Shown here: piece by piece, positions 27,421 to 37,729 of the stretch
How the letters are laid out: every line of letters begins with the position of its first letter
Numbering within the stretch: the first letter of the stretch is position 1
Virus record (IMG/VR): IMGVR_UViG_3300033146_001559
Location: 1-55,560 of that record
Origin: a virus
Lineage: Duplodnaviria; Caudoviricetes
Strand: one strand, 5' to 3'
Length of the DNA stretch: 55,560 nucleotides
Notes under the pieces: model-generated
Databases searched by the model: none
The model's input: only the letters and a program-made list of their open reading frames with translations
Told to the model about the DNA's origin: nothing
Position numbers and translations under genes: made by a program

Positions 27421-30400
27421 CTATGTAATTTCGCATGCACCACCTGAACACGAGGCACCTGCCATTGTGTCAGCATCTACGTGGACTGCGGATTCTTCGT
27501 ATGCCTTTGACCAATCAACATCAACATATTCACGTTTCAGATCACAGAAGATCTTCCAGTTAGTCACATCCTTCAGACAGTATGTCATACGTTTCACATC
27601 GCCTTCAAAATATCGATCGGCGAACTGAAGTGCTCGGCGGATCCAGTCTTGTTTGAGGTCATATTGTGATGAGGTGTCGGATAGAGCATCATCTGCATCA
27701 TCCAGTTTTTGTTCGAGCTTGGCGATCTTGGTAGATAATTCATTTAGCTCTGGTGAGTATGACGCCGTGTATTCGATCACCTCATCGACATTATTCATAG
27801 TCATCTTATCACTAATGATATCTTTAATGGTCTTATACTGAATATTCGCCTGTGATAGCTCTTCAAGGAGCGTGTCATACTTTTCCTGTGCGACATCCAC
27901 TTCACCGTTTAATTGCTCAATACCGAGCGCATGGCTACATGCAGACCATAAATTATGGTCGAACGCTCGGAGACCTGCTGTAATGAGTCCAGATGCAAAT
28001 ACCGTTGCGTCACCATATTCCTTGACCATCTCTGCTGGAGTATAAACGGTTGAGAATGGTGATTGTGGGTAATCCTTATCACCCGATGAAGGTAGCATGG
28101 AGACTCCCGTGAAATTATCTTGGTTAGTCCACAGGTAATCGAATACCTCGTCCCATTCATCTTCCTTGACGGAAATCGTATTGGACACATTGTGTCGAAG
28201 ATATGGCTTATTACTTAGTTCTGGGCGGGTTCCGTGCTCTACCCAGTTCTGTTGGGTTAGTTTTACGTTTTCTAGTAGTTCAATTGCACCCAACTGGTTC
28301 TTAACAATAGCGCCTTTTGGCACCTCGCATACAAACGAGATAACATTATCCGTATCATTCGCCGACCACACACTCTTTTCGATAGCAGATGGATTAAACA
28401 TCCCAAAATATTGAGCTGGAAACTCAAGGGAGTTACATTGTATTCTCCTAACGTATTTTCTGGAGTGGTGAGGATGCACCCCCGAGGAGGTTCCAAGTAG
28501 ACATGACGAACTACCTTCTGGCTTCACACACGTCGTTCTAGCTGAACGACTTACACCAATTAAATCGGCTACTAGCGCGTTAGTTTCCTTAACAATCTCC
28601 GCGCCTTTGCGTTGAATTTCTGGATCCAGAGTGATAGCAGGATTATCCATAATCCCCGTAATACTAACCCCGAGTAGTGCCTCTTTATCGGTTAGTTCTT
28701 TTGTTGCTGATGCGATATATTTGAAATCAGTATACCCCGCTTGTAGTGTTCCAATGATTGCCGCTTCACGACAGCATTTATAGAACTTCTCGGCAGTGTC
28801 CGTGTATTTACCGTTGATTGTGCTGAGGTTACACATCTGGAACCCTTGGCGGCCATCTGGGAGGACGGGTCTGAATGAGATCTCACAGTTATGAACAATA
28901 ACCCCATTACAACTGAATGAGCTAGATTCGGGAACCGTGCAATCATACACTTCCTCCTCACCTACATATCGAACCTCCTTCACACCAGCCATTCGGCCAT
29001 TTGATAGTTGAACTATTGTTGAGTCATTGATATCTCCGATATTCACCCAGCTATCATCAAACCGTTGAATTCTGTGATCCGCCGTTCCAATCATCGGGTC
29101 ATAATCGAACTGGTGTTTATCATCAGTCGGGTCATGTATTAACTTATCAAAAGTTTGAACTACCGTTTCTTCTGTCAGCCCGCCAGCCAATTGCTTAACT
29201 TTGAGTCGTGTATCATTAAAATCATCAAGAACTAATTCATACACTTTCTTTGTTCCAGTTGACCAGAAACCACATTCGGTTGATTCGTATAGTGCTCCAT
29301 ATATTTCGGTTTTAAATTGGACACCGACTAAGTCGGAAACCAACTTATCGCCCATATCTGTCTGAATTTTGTTCCGACCAGAAACACAACAAGGGTTGAC
29401 CCCACTCTCATTATCATCCATAAAAACGAATGCGGGTTCCCCATACTCACGGACTCGTTCTTTAACCATATCAAATTCCTCTTTAGTGGAATCCCCACGG
29501 ATGAACACGGCGGAGTTATTAGAGCGTGCCCTCTGTGGGTTGTCGTTGAACCAATTTCCTGTTTTAGCATTCATAACTTCTTCATCATCAATGGAGAAGA
29601 TAATAATCAATGCGGAGTTGTGTGATACTGATTCGAATTTAGAGTCCTTTTGTCTCACCGTGAAGGCGTGAACGTCGGCGACCGATATATCATATGTTCG
29701 ACCATCTTCGATTCTCTCTGTTTTACCAATCCGAGAAAGCTTGTAATCCGAAGGTAATAGGTTGTCGCCTACCTCAACACTAGCACCACTACGGTCTGTT
29801 ACCAATGAGAATCGGGACGTCTCTGCTTCGATGATCGAGGTAGACATCCATCCCATATTTTCAACTAAATGATCATACACGAGCCACTTGTGGTTTGGTG
29901 TTGAGACCTGATAGCCGTATTTTGACGTGATTTTAACTAACGACTGCACGCCGTTATCCATTACCTCAGTCACTGGATATTCCTTACCAGCATACAACAC
30001 GGTGTCATCCAAAGTTAGTTCACTGATCTGTTTAAATGACCCATTTCCGAGCTTAACTTCGGATTCATGAAAAAGACAACGACGAACGCCACCACTCAAA
30101 ACGGCGTCTGAAAGATGGCAGATAATATCAAGTATATTGATCGGTTTCAGTTTATTACTAAACTCCCCCTCGGTGAAATCCTCATCCTTCAATCGTGCTT
30201 CGATGACCTCTCGGATCAACTCAACTGACCTATTTAGTCCGTTAGATCCTGGAGCCTTAAACCCACCACTGATAAGGGCACCCGCTGGTCGGATATCAGA
30301 ATAATCGAATTCTACGACTTTTCCACCCCATCCACCAAACCCGTCAATACTGACGGCTCCGAGGTATGATGCCATCAATACATTGATGCAATCTGCCCAT

Positions 30401-30849
30401 CCCTCGATGGAGTCCTCGGGCTTGAATACTACAGTGTCCCCCGATACGGGACTAATATCACCGATCTGCTTGACATGGTGCTTCTGGATGCTGGCACCTG
30501 CACCACATCCACACAAAAGCAGGTGCAGAAGTTCACCAAACACATCATCCCTGCATACATTACCAAATGCACAGTTAAACATCTTTGCATTCCCTCGTTC
30601 AATTGGTGCTCCCCCGAATTGGAGTGCCCTCTGTGAACCGAGGATCCGCTTACCGAATAACCCATCCTTCGCTTCTGCGATGATTTCTGCTAATTTGGGG
30701 GTCTCTCCGATTTGTTTTGCATACTTTCGTTCGTGCATATCAAATACACGATCTACTGTCTCACCCCACGTCTCTCTGCGTTTTTTGTCTTCATTGAATA
30801 GGGCATAGCGACTATACCGCACATATTCAGACATTGCTTTAATACTCAT
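27421..30849 (-). CDS. nrdJ: Class II (B12-dependent, RTPR-type) ribonucleotide reductase with two inteins
   Basis: RRETW.E.V.RV, FNC, GGVRR/SA, RARSNNS, NPC.EI, CNLSTIN, CVKPEG, C-terminal CSGGACEI. Confidence 0.93.
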   Translation of the reverse strand: MSIKAMSEYVRYSRYALFNEDKKRRETWGETVDRVFDMHERKYAKQIGETPKLAEIIAEAKDGLFGKRILGSQRALQFGGAPIERGNAKMFNCAFGNVCRDDVFGELLHLLLCGCGAGASIQKHHVKQIGDISPVSGDTVVFKPEDSIEGWADCINVLMASYLGAVSIDGFGGWGGKVVEFDYSDIRPAGALISGGFKAPGSNGLNRSVELIREVIEARLKDEDFTEGEFSNKLKPINILDIICHLSDAVLSGGVRRCLFHESEVKLGNGSFKQISELTLDDTVLYAGKEYPVTEVMDNGVQSLVKITSKYGYQVSTPNHKWLVYDHLVENMGWMSTSIIEAETSRFSLVTDRSGASVEVGDNLLPSDYKLSRIGKTERIEDGRTYDISVADVHAFTVRQKDSKFESVSHNSALIIIFSIDDEEVMNAKTGNWFNDNPQRARSNNSAVFIRGDSTKEEFDMVKERVREYGEPAFVFMDDNESGVNPCCVSGRNKIQTDMGDKLVSDLVGVQFKTEIYGALYESTECGFWSTGTKKVYELVLDDFNDTRLKVKQLAGGLTEETVVQTFDKLIHDPTDDKHQFDYDPMIGTADHRIQRFDDSWVNIGDINDSTIVQLSNGRMAGVKEVRYVGEEEVYDCTVPESSSFSCNGVIVHNCEISFRPVLPDGRQGFQMCNLSTINGKYTDTAEKFYKCCREAAIIGTLQAGYTDFKYIASATKELTDKEALLGVSITGIMDNPAITLDPEIQRKGAEIVKETNALVADLIGVSRSARTTCVKPEGSSSCLLGTSSGVHPHHSRKYVRRIQCNSLEFPAQYFGMFNPSAIEKSVWSANDTDNVISFVCEVPKGAIVKNQLGAIELLENVKLTQQNWVEHGTRPELSNKPYLRHNVSNTISVKEDEWDEVFDYLWTNQDNFTGVSMLPSSGDKDYPQSPFSTVYTPAEMVKEYGDATVFASGLITAGLRAFDHNLWSACSHALGIEQLNGEVDVAQEKYDTLLEELSQANIQYKTIKDIISDKMTMNNVDEVIEYTASYSPELNELSTKIAKLEQKLDDADDALSDTSSQYDLKQDWIRRALQFADRYFEGDVKRMTYCLKDVTNWKIFCDLKREYVDVDWSKAYEESAVHVDADTMAGASCSGGACEIT
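28888..29388 (-). other. Mini-intein 2 (167 aa) in the NrdJ active-site loop
   Basis: GVNPC|CVSG...TADHRI...VYDCTV...VHN|CEI. Confidence 0.88.
29617..30078 (-). other. Mini-intein 1 (154 aa) in NrdJ
   Basis: GGVRR|CLFHESEV...TPNHKW...TYDISV...SHN|SAL; no LAGLIDADG motif seen. Confidence 0.88.
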
Positions 30850-31154
30850 ATTTTAATTAATTTGTAGACCGACTAACCACTAGCCCGTCCAGAAATTAAT
30901 TATACTCCACCGCCACGGCAAAATCAAGCGTTTTTGGCTTTATTTTGCCGTGGTCTCGTAAGTCTTTCGCCTCTAACCACTAAGACTAGTATCATCCGCA
31001 TCAAAGCTAAAGTTCATTGAAAATACGGTATCTATCTCGAAAGAAATAACCTCATCCGACGTTAGCCACTTACTCCAACTCACATATGATCACTGTTCAC
31101 AAGTTATAACATAAACTTCTTCTTGGTCTTTTTGAATATATTAAACATGATATT

Positions 31155-31457
31155 TTATTCTGAAATTGATTCCGTCTTGATTAGACGTGAAAAATGGTCG
31201 ATAATGTCTACATCATCGGGGCGCGTGAGTGCTTTATAGTCAAATTCACCCCAGAGGCGTTCTTTGATATCGTCGTCCTTTACGAGCGGCAATACAAAAT
31301 CCCAAAGCGAATTAGACTCCCATAATACGGGACTCCATCCATAAGAAACAGATGCTACCATATCCCGTGGTTTAGCGATGGCATTGGTGATAACAGCCCC
31401 CCAGTGGTATCCACTTGGGGGTTTTGGGGCATCTGGTAATGTAATATTAACTTGCAT
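31155..31457 (-). CDS. Early hypothetical protein
   Basis: TTGACA-type promoter immediately upstream. Confidence 0.5.
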   Translation of the reverse strand: MQVNITLPDAPKPPSGYHWGAVITNAIAKPRDMVASVSYGWSPVLWESNSLWDFVLPLVKDDDIKERLWGEFDYKALTRPDDVDIIDHFSRLIKTESISE

Positions 31458-31491
31458 GACCTATTATTACATAGTATGTTTGATATGTCAA

Positions 31492-31707
31492 TTAACAAAA
31501 TCCATTAAAATAATCACGACTATCATAATAGCTATCATTAGTAGGTTCTTCGATTGGTTCCACGTATGGTGGTGTCGGTAGTTTGGTCACATTTTTAGTA
31601 ATCGTCTGTCCATCTACCTCAATCACAACTCGCTTACCTAAACCCGCTGTATTCTCCGTAGCCGTCTCGGCAATATGGTGCATTTTGTTAAATACCAGAC
31701 GACTACA
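31492..31707 (-). pseudogene. 3' half of a gene interrupted by IS607
   Basis: Joins in frame to the 5' half at 33589-33726 across a shared TGT. Confidence 0.65.
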
Positions 31708-31738
31708 GTATGAAATAATATAGTCAAATATTATTTCT

Positions 31739-32948
31739 TCAAGCTAAATTAATTAACTTCGGGATCACTGCAAATCCCTCTATCCCATCAGCATTGAATG
31801 CATTTGGGAGTGCTTTTCTCATAATATTGTAAGCTCCATTGACGTCAGCATTGATTTTTCCAAATAATTTGGAGTTGAACATACCACGGGTAGCTCTGTA
31901 TCCTTTATATTCTTCATGTTTCTCAATTTTTTTCCAAGTCGAGGAATGAACATTTAGATGTGTAGGATTCCTCCTGCAACCTAACTTCAATCCCAACCAG
32001 CTTACATTTATATGTTAACATTGAAATAAAAGTATCAAATGGAATCTGCACAAAATTCTGATTAGTTCTTTTTCCCAAATTTATCTCTTGTTTCCATCCT
32101 TTGTTCTTGCCAATAATAAGCAAGGAAACATCGTTGGAATCTAAATGATTAATAATTTTGGCACTAATCTTGTGCATATAATCTTTGATTTTTCTATTTC
32201 TTTTGTCTTGTAATTTCTGTAATTTTCTACTCCATTTTTTGTTATTTTTTGTTTCTAATTCAGCCTGAATTGTTGACTTCTTTTTGTTGAAATATTGATT
32301 TATTGACTTCAGTGGGTTGCCGTTGAAGATGAGGGGCGAAGCCCCGTCTTCAAATACCACCGTGGCGAGGTTGGATAATCCAATATCAATTGATGCCGTA
32401 TTTGCCTCTGAGCGAAGCTCTTCCTCCACAACCTCATACACTATCTCAACCACGAAGTGGTTGGCTCTAGGTATGATTCTGGCTTGTTTTACATCACCCC
32501 ATTCTTCAATATTCGTTGGTATTTTTAAAGTTGTCCCAGACAAAGAAATCACTCCATTTTTACCAAACTCCTTTTTAGAAATTGCCCCTTTTTCAAAAAT
32601 AACAACCTGTTGTCCCTTTTCCGTATCCTTGTATTTAGGGATTTTGGGTGGTCCCGTGAAGCCAACTTTCGATTTATTGTATGATTTTATGGATGCAAAG
32701 AATGCACGGTAATTCTGGTCAACCAGTTTGATGACTTGGTTGCAGATTTTCTTCTTCAGACCACATTTTTCCCAAATTTCTTCCTTTTTGATTTCTTTGT
32801 ATAGTGAAGAAAATCCAATATATTTTCCATTTTCGAAGAAATACTGACGAGCAATATATAAACAGGAATTATATAAGTTTTTGCTTTCAAAGCACAACTC
32901 ATAAAGTTCTGGTGTTGGTTTTAAAATATGTTGCTCTACTAATTTCAT
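31739..32948 (-). pseudogene. tnpB: TnpB with a +1 frameshift in an A7 run (about 31927-31933)
   Basis: ASIDIGLSN...QEESYTSKCSFLD in one frame and KIEKH...NADVNGAYNI in another; removing one A restores the frame. Confidence 0.85.
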
Positions 32949-32949
32949 A

Positions 32950-33525
32950 TTATTCGTTTAAAAATTTTTCAATGTGTTCTTTTCTTTTTGCCTTTCTTTT
33001 CCCATACAACCTTGCGGAAAATGAATAAATGATTGAGATTAGATCTTGCATTAAATCCTGCTTATCATCATCGGTGAAGTTGACTACGTCAATTGAGATG
33101 TTGTTTTTGTTTAATAATGTTTCAATATAATTAAACCCAAATCTCGTTAAACGATCTTTATTTTCAACTACAATTACATCATAATCACTTCGATCTAAGA
33201 TTTTCTGTAATGTTTTTCTGGTATCATTCATACCAGAACCAACCTCCTTGAATGATGCAATTACTTTATACCCCTTCGTTGATGCATATTGCTCAAGAAA
33301 AAGCTGTTGATCTTTCAGTGATTCTTTCCTATTATTGTTCGAAACTCTGGCATATATGATAGCTCTTTTAACCTCGGATCTATTTTCTTCATCAACTTTG
33401 ACAAAAATTGAACCACTTGGTGAGGTGAAGGCATTTTCGATTTTCCCTTCCTTGAACCACTTCCATGCAGTTCTATAAACAATGGAATTGTTCTTCGCAT
33501 ACTGACTCAACTTGATGTTCATCAT
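32950..33525 (-). CDS. tnpA: IS607 transposase (serine recombinase with N-terminal HTH)
   Basis: KLSQYAK...YRTAWKW HTH, IYARVS, EVGSG, KDRLTRFGF, SFSARLYG. Confidence 0.95.
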   Translation of the reverse strand: MMNIKLSQYAKNNSIVYRTAWKWFKEGKIENAFTSPSGSIFVKVDEENRSEVKRAIIYARVSNNNRKESLKDQQLFLEQYASTKGYKVIASFKEVGSGMNDTRKTLQKILDRSDYDVIVVENKDRLTRFGFNYIETLLNKNNISIDVVNFTDDDKQDLMQDLISIIYSFSARLYGKRKAKRKEHIEKFLNE

Positions 33526-33588
33526 ATTTAATTATCACATTGCTCCATATAAAACAATAAAAAACTACATTTATTTTAACTAGTTATG

Positions 33589-33726
33589 ACACTCATCCAA
33601 ATTCTGAATATAATGAGTATCTTTAAGATCAGCTGGATCATCAACAATCCCCGTGGTTGTCTCTCCATCAATCACAAATGGGGTCTTTGGTATACTATCC
33701 ACCACAAATTCCTGACCATTCTTCAT
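33589..33726 (-). pseudogene. 5' half of the gene interrupted by IS607 (MKNGQEFVV...NLDEC)
   Basis: In-frame fusion NLDEC|SRLVFNKMHH on removing the element. Confidence 0.6.
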
Positions 33727-34687
33727 CCTGTTTCTCATCACCAGTGGTATACATACCAAGTTTACCGAGAACTCGCTTGAGGTCACTAAAATCAACAATG
33801 ACAGTTCCAGTGGCATCGATGCCCACACACTCACGCCTGAATCGATCTCCCGATTCTTTGTGTGTTTCCTTTCCAGATGGGTCCGTTTCGTTTAGATCAC
33901 TCCACCCAAACTCCTTACAACCAATTACTTCATTCAGAAGTTCTGGCGCATATGTCTTCACTATGGCGCGATACCGTTGACCTAGATCACCCCGAAACCC
34001 ACAATCAAACCATCGAATATCAATCGCTTCTGGGAAATCCCAGATTGTATTATCATCGCGGTAGTAGTCGATCCGAGTTGATGCATCATACGTCTTAATA
34101 ATATGGCACGTGGAGGTTCCTTTCAGATCCATCACGGCACTGGCTAAGATCGCACGGTGTAGCCCCTGATCATCTTCATCAAAGAAGAAATCCATGTTTG
34201 AAATACCACGGAAGAATCCAATCTCAGCACTCTGTAAGAAATTTCCAATTCGAGACACGCGCAGCCGCGAACCATTTTGGAGTGAAATTAAATTTCGGCG
34301 AGTATCTGATCGGTGGCGGATCGGTGGTTGCCCTAGAATCTTCTGTAAGGTGGCATCCACGGACATTCTAACGAGTTCTGGGCAATATGATACCACATTG
34401 GCATCATACCCCGCCTCAGTGATCATACGGTATACGATCACTATCTTCATCAACAGTGTTTTACCCACCTGTCTATTCGCAATTGTCAGTGAATTACCAT
34501 CATACATTGCCTGTAGTGCCAATTTATGTTGGGGTGACAATGGCGTCGGTTCATCAATGAACGCCCATAAGTATTTCTCAGCAAACTCTATGATACTACC
34601 ACACTTCAGGTGCTTGATATAAGCACTATCAAGAACTTCTTTGAGTGACTCATCCCCATAATATTTAAACTCTTTATAATCAGACAT
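33695..34687 (-). CDS. Terminase large-subunit ATPase-domain paralog without a nuclease domain
   Basis: F..KY, LSPQ, NRQVGKT, ISLQNGSRL, FRG...FFDE, IRW, FRREC; ends where the RNase H domain would start. Confidence 0.65.
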   Translation of the reverse strand: MSDYKEFKYYGDESLKEVLDSAYIKHLKCGSIIEFAEKYLWAFIDEPTPLSPQHKLALQAMYDGNSLTIANRQVGKTLLMKIVIVYRMITEAGYDANVVSYCPELVRMSVDATLQKILGQPPIRHRSDTRRNLISLQNGSRLRVSRIGNFLQSAEIGFFRGISNMDFFFDEDDQGLHRAILASAVMDLKGTSTCHIIKTYDASTRIDYYRDDNTIWDFPEAIDIRWFDCGFRGDLGQRYRAIVKTYAPELLNEVIGCKEFGWSDLNETDPSGKETHKESGDRFRRECVGIDATGTVIVDFSDLKRVLGKLGMYTTGDEKQDEEWSGICGG

Positions 34688-34790
34688 ATAATATATTATA
34701 CCCTATTTTCAGTTTGTCAAATAAAAAGGGGGACAATAATAACGCCGAAACTGAAACTATTACAATTATAGTTTTAAGTGGCGGTTTCAC
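34680..34790 (-). CDS. Putative 36-aa hydrophobic late peptide (not in the ORF track)
   Basis: TAATTA-N5-GTG; MKPPLKTIIVIVSVSALLLSPFLFDKLKIGYNILYV. Confidence 0.35.
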   Translation of the reverse strand: MKPPLKTIIVIVSVSALLLSPFLFDKLKIGYNILYV

Positions 34791-34859
34791 ATAGTTAATT
34801 ATAATATAAAAAGGCAATTTATCAACTTGACATTAACCACCATAACCATATATAATCCC

Positions 34860-35129
34860 ATGGACACCACCGAATTAGATATATTCCTTCGAAACATGGT
34901 AGATACTACCAATGGCAAGCTCATTGACGCCCCAACTGGTATAGTCCACACGGGTGGTGGTCGGGTGTATTATGAGGTCGGGTGTGAAAAGGCATCATCC
35001 CCAAACAAACTCGCCTCATTAATCACTAAAAATATAGGCACCCGCCATCTATACTATCTTACAACATTTGGTGTGTCCTTCACGAAAAAGGACGGATATT
35101 CGGTCAGAGTCGGCTACCTAGAATATTAA
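34860..35129 (+). CDS. Early hypothetical protein
   Basis: TTGACA...TATAAT directly upstream of ATG 34860. Confidence 0.5.
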   Translation: MDTTELDIFLRNMVDTTNGKLIDAPTGIVHTGGGRVYYEVGCEKASSPNKLASLITKNIGTRHLYYLTTFGVSFTKKDGYSVRVGYLEY

Positions 35130-35136
35130 TTCTATA

Positions 35137-35187
35137 AACTAAACAAAAAAACGGGTCAACCAAATGACCCGTTTTTTTTGTTTAGTT
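35137..35187. terminator. Bidirectional intrinsic terminator
   Basis: AACTAAACAAAAAAACGGGTCA-loop-TGACCCGTTTTTTTTGTTTAGTT between convergent genes. Confidence 0.85.
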
Positions 35188-35192
35188 GCTGT

Positions 35193-37667
35193 TTAGATGA
35201 TTTCCTCAAAAACCCCATCTAGTCGAAGCATGTCGAAATTTAGTATGATCCGATCCACCTGTCCTGTAATCTTAATGGCAATCGTTGCCATTAGCGTTCC
35301 CTCCTGTTGGAGAGTAACATCACTAGATACGACAACATTATAATCTTCAATTGCGCCATTATCAAGAGCCACTTTGAGGTATCGCTCAATCGTATTCTTG
35401 AAACGTATACGGGTTTGGAAGTTATTCGGCTCAAATAAGAATGGCCGTAGTGCAACCGAAAGGTTCTTCTCCAGCCATATCATCAGGCGGCGTGCGGAGT
35501 TCTGTCGTAATTGGATAGTATCGTTCTTCAGTTGCGTTTGGTCTGCGAATCGGAGGAACCCGCTCGATGCGCGATCAAAAAATACTGAGTTTGCATGAAT
35601 CTTCCAAAGTAGATCACGGTCACGTAACACGGGGTCACATGCGATATCAACTACATCTTTTACTACCCCACGTGCCACTCCTGCGGCAGACTGCCATGGT
35701 AAGGCCGTCTCCCCGAACAGACGAGCGACGACGGGTGACGAAGGCACCCACATCGGTTTGGATGTGTATAGGTTATTGACTTTATACCACTGGGCATCGA
35801 TGGTCATTACCGAGGTATTAATCAGACGCGTTAGGTTTTTCATCGGCTGGTAAATATATGTAGCAAACAAATCTGGGGTGCGAGCCTTGGTGACTGGATT
35901 ATAAACCTTGCAATCAATACCATTGATGAATATTTGTCGGAGGGGGTCGGCACAATGTAAATGTTGAATACCCCCATTATTAGGACGTGTAAACCTAGAA
36001 AAATTAACAAACTCATCGTTGATCTCAGACCACAGGCTTCGGAGTCGACCAGTTTCGGAGAACTCTGGAGTTGCTTTACCTAAATCAGCCTTAACATCGA
36101 TATATGCCGTATCATCATAGATAAATGATTTCGTGGCTGGGGTTCCATCAAGCCACGAGTCGGGCTCTGTATTCACCGTCGCCCATATAGTCGCCAACCC
36201 AGCTTCCACAGATACGTCCAATGATACGCGATCTGGATTATCCACTCCACGAAGGGCCGTTCTTAATTTTTTGGGCAAGTTGCCGATATCGTATCCCTTC
36301 TGTTCAACCGTCTTAACAAACTGCGACACACCAAACATCGAGTCGGCGGTGGGGTCTGTGTCTGATGGTGGGGATGAGATGTCATCTTTAACGTCTGGAC
36401 GCCAGAACTTGACGCCTCTACTCTTTTGGCCATTGGGGTTTACATATTCATCCGAGGCGATGTGGCTGTTCACGAGCACCTTGAGTCTGGCGGTTGGGGT
36501 TTGTTCGACTTTATCCTGAATGAAATCCGTTACCTTCGCGCCACCCTCAGTGATCGTGGTGTCCGAATTAGACACCGATCCAACATGATTCTCGACCACC
36601 ACTGGTATTAATTGTCTTGATCCGTTTCTAGTGTCCTCGATCAATCGCCACATGGTGATGTTTACGTAGTTCGCATACTCCCCAGTCTCCCACGGGGAGT
36701 TGGTTGACGTCTCTGCCAATGAGTTTTGTGTATATGAAACCGACCCATTAGTTTCGCCGTTGGGGGTCACTAACTCAAAGTCAAATTTCTCTGGTGGAAG
36801 TCTTGACCATGTGCTTGCAACAGAACTTCCCGATAAACATGTTTTAATATCAGTCACACAGTTATGTGTGGTGGATGGATCTGCGCTTGAGTTATCCGTA
36901 GCGGTTACATAGTAACCACTACTCGCGTCTGGCGTGATAGTGCCAGAACTATCAAGAATAATCATCCCAACTTTACCAAACTCGGCCGCGTCATAACTCG
37001 AAAGTGACTTATCAAAGCTAGTATAGGAGTCAGACCAATTAATTTGACCACAAGCAACTTTTGCGTATCCTTCCTCATTTAGATTAACACGAATCGGCTC
37101 TCCAAACACATACCCGTCAGTATCCTTAACGTTATAAACCATCGGTTCGCTATATCCAGCAAGCCCCGACGTTATTTCATCGGCCATCTTTTTGTAGTCA
37201 GCACTGAGAACTACATCACCAGCCCTGAATCCAGCCATAAGTGCTGGGTCGGCTGCTAGGTTTGGCTGTGCCATGATCAGCGCCTTGGGGATGTCCCCCG
37301 ATAATGTAACCGAGTATAATTCTTTGGTGGTGGTGGTATCCTTTATAGTCGGGAAAAGTAATGCCGAATATGTCTTACCCACCTCCCATCCGTCGTCCTT
37401 ACCATATGGAAGTCGTGTGAACACCACGCTCGCGCCCGACTTAAGGACACGTTCGACCGCGTCATATGCATAAATTTGCTCTGGGCGGTTACCGTTCGGT
37501 TCACCGAAAATAGAGGTAAACTCGGAAATGTCATTCAAAAGATATGGTTCGTTATTTGTTCCCTCGGACGTGAAACCATTGACAAGGATATTATACCCCG
37601 TTGGTGCAGTCTGTTGGACGTCGTAACTCTCGTTAATTATAATTGCGGGAGAAATTGGCTTGCTCAT
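35193..37667 (-). CDS. gp18: Tail sheath protein (gp18-like)
   Basis: SPAIII.E, G..NEP...EF..IFGEP, WVPSS, PWQSAAG..RG, RRLMIWLEK, FEPNN..TR. Confidence 0.92.
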   Translation of the reverse strand: MSKPISPAIIINESYDVQQTAPTGYNILVNGFTSEGTNNEPYLLNDISEFTSIFGEPNGNRPEQIYAYDAVERVLKSGASVVFTRLPYGKDDGWEVGKTYSALLFPTIKDTTTTKELYSVTLSGDIPKALIMAQPNLAADPALMAGFRAGDVVLSADYKKMADEITSGLAGYSEPMVYNVKDTDGYVFGEPIRVNLNEEGYAKVACGQINWSDSYTSFDKSLSSYDAAEFGKVGMIILDSSGTITPDASSGYYVTATDNSSADPSTTHNCVTDIKTCLSGSSVASTWSRLPPEKFDFELVTPNGETNGSVSYTQNSLAETSTNSPWETGEYANYVNITMWRLIEDTRNGSRQLIPVVVENHVGSVSNSDTTITEGGAKVTDFIQDKVEQTPTARLKVLVNSHIASDEYVNPNGQKSRGVKFWRPDVKDDISSPPSDTDPTADSMFGVSQFVKTVEQKGYDIGNLPKKLRTALRGVDNPDRVSLDVSVEAGLATIWATVNTEPDSWLDGTPATKSFIYDDTAYIDVKADLGKATPEFSETGRLRSLWSEINDEFVNFSRFTRPNNGGIQHLHCADPLRQIFINGIDCKVYNPVTKARTPDLFATYIYQPMKNLTRLINTSVMTIDAQWYKVNNLYTSKPMWVPSSPVVARLFGETALPWQSAAGVARGVVKDVVDIACDPVLRDRDLLWKIHANSVFFDRASSGFLRFADQTQLKNDTIQLRQNSARRLMIWLEKNLSVALRPFLFEPNNFQTRIRFKNTIERYLKVALDNGAIEDYNVVVSSDVTLQQEGTLMATIAIKITGQVDRIILNFDMLRLDGVFEEII

Positions 37668-37729
37668 ATAGATAATTATCGATTTTCGCCCGATAAAATT
37701 TAATATGGGTCGTAGCTATAATTATTCCT

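Larger units (their letters stand above)
31708..33588 (-). mobile_element. IS607-family element (tnpA + frameshifted tnpB)
   Basis: Serine recombinase + TnpB, AT-rich, TGT at both junctions, removal restores an ORF. Confidence 0.88.

Noticed and set aside
30930-31150. Broken reading frame with TGA/TAG, possible stop-codon recoding
   Set aside because: TAG, TGA and TAA all end conserved genes at expected positions elsewhere; more likely a decayed ORF
31708-33588. Possible IStron (group I intron-IS607 fusion), since the element interrupts a gene
   Set aside because: Only about 60 nt lie between the left end and tnpA, too little for a group I intron core
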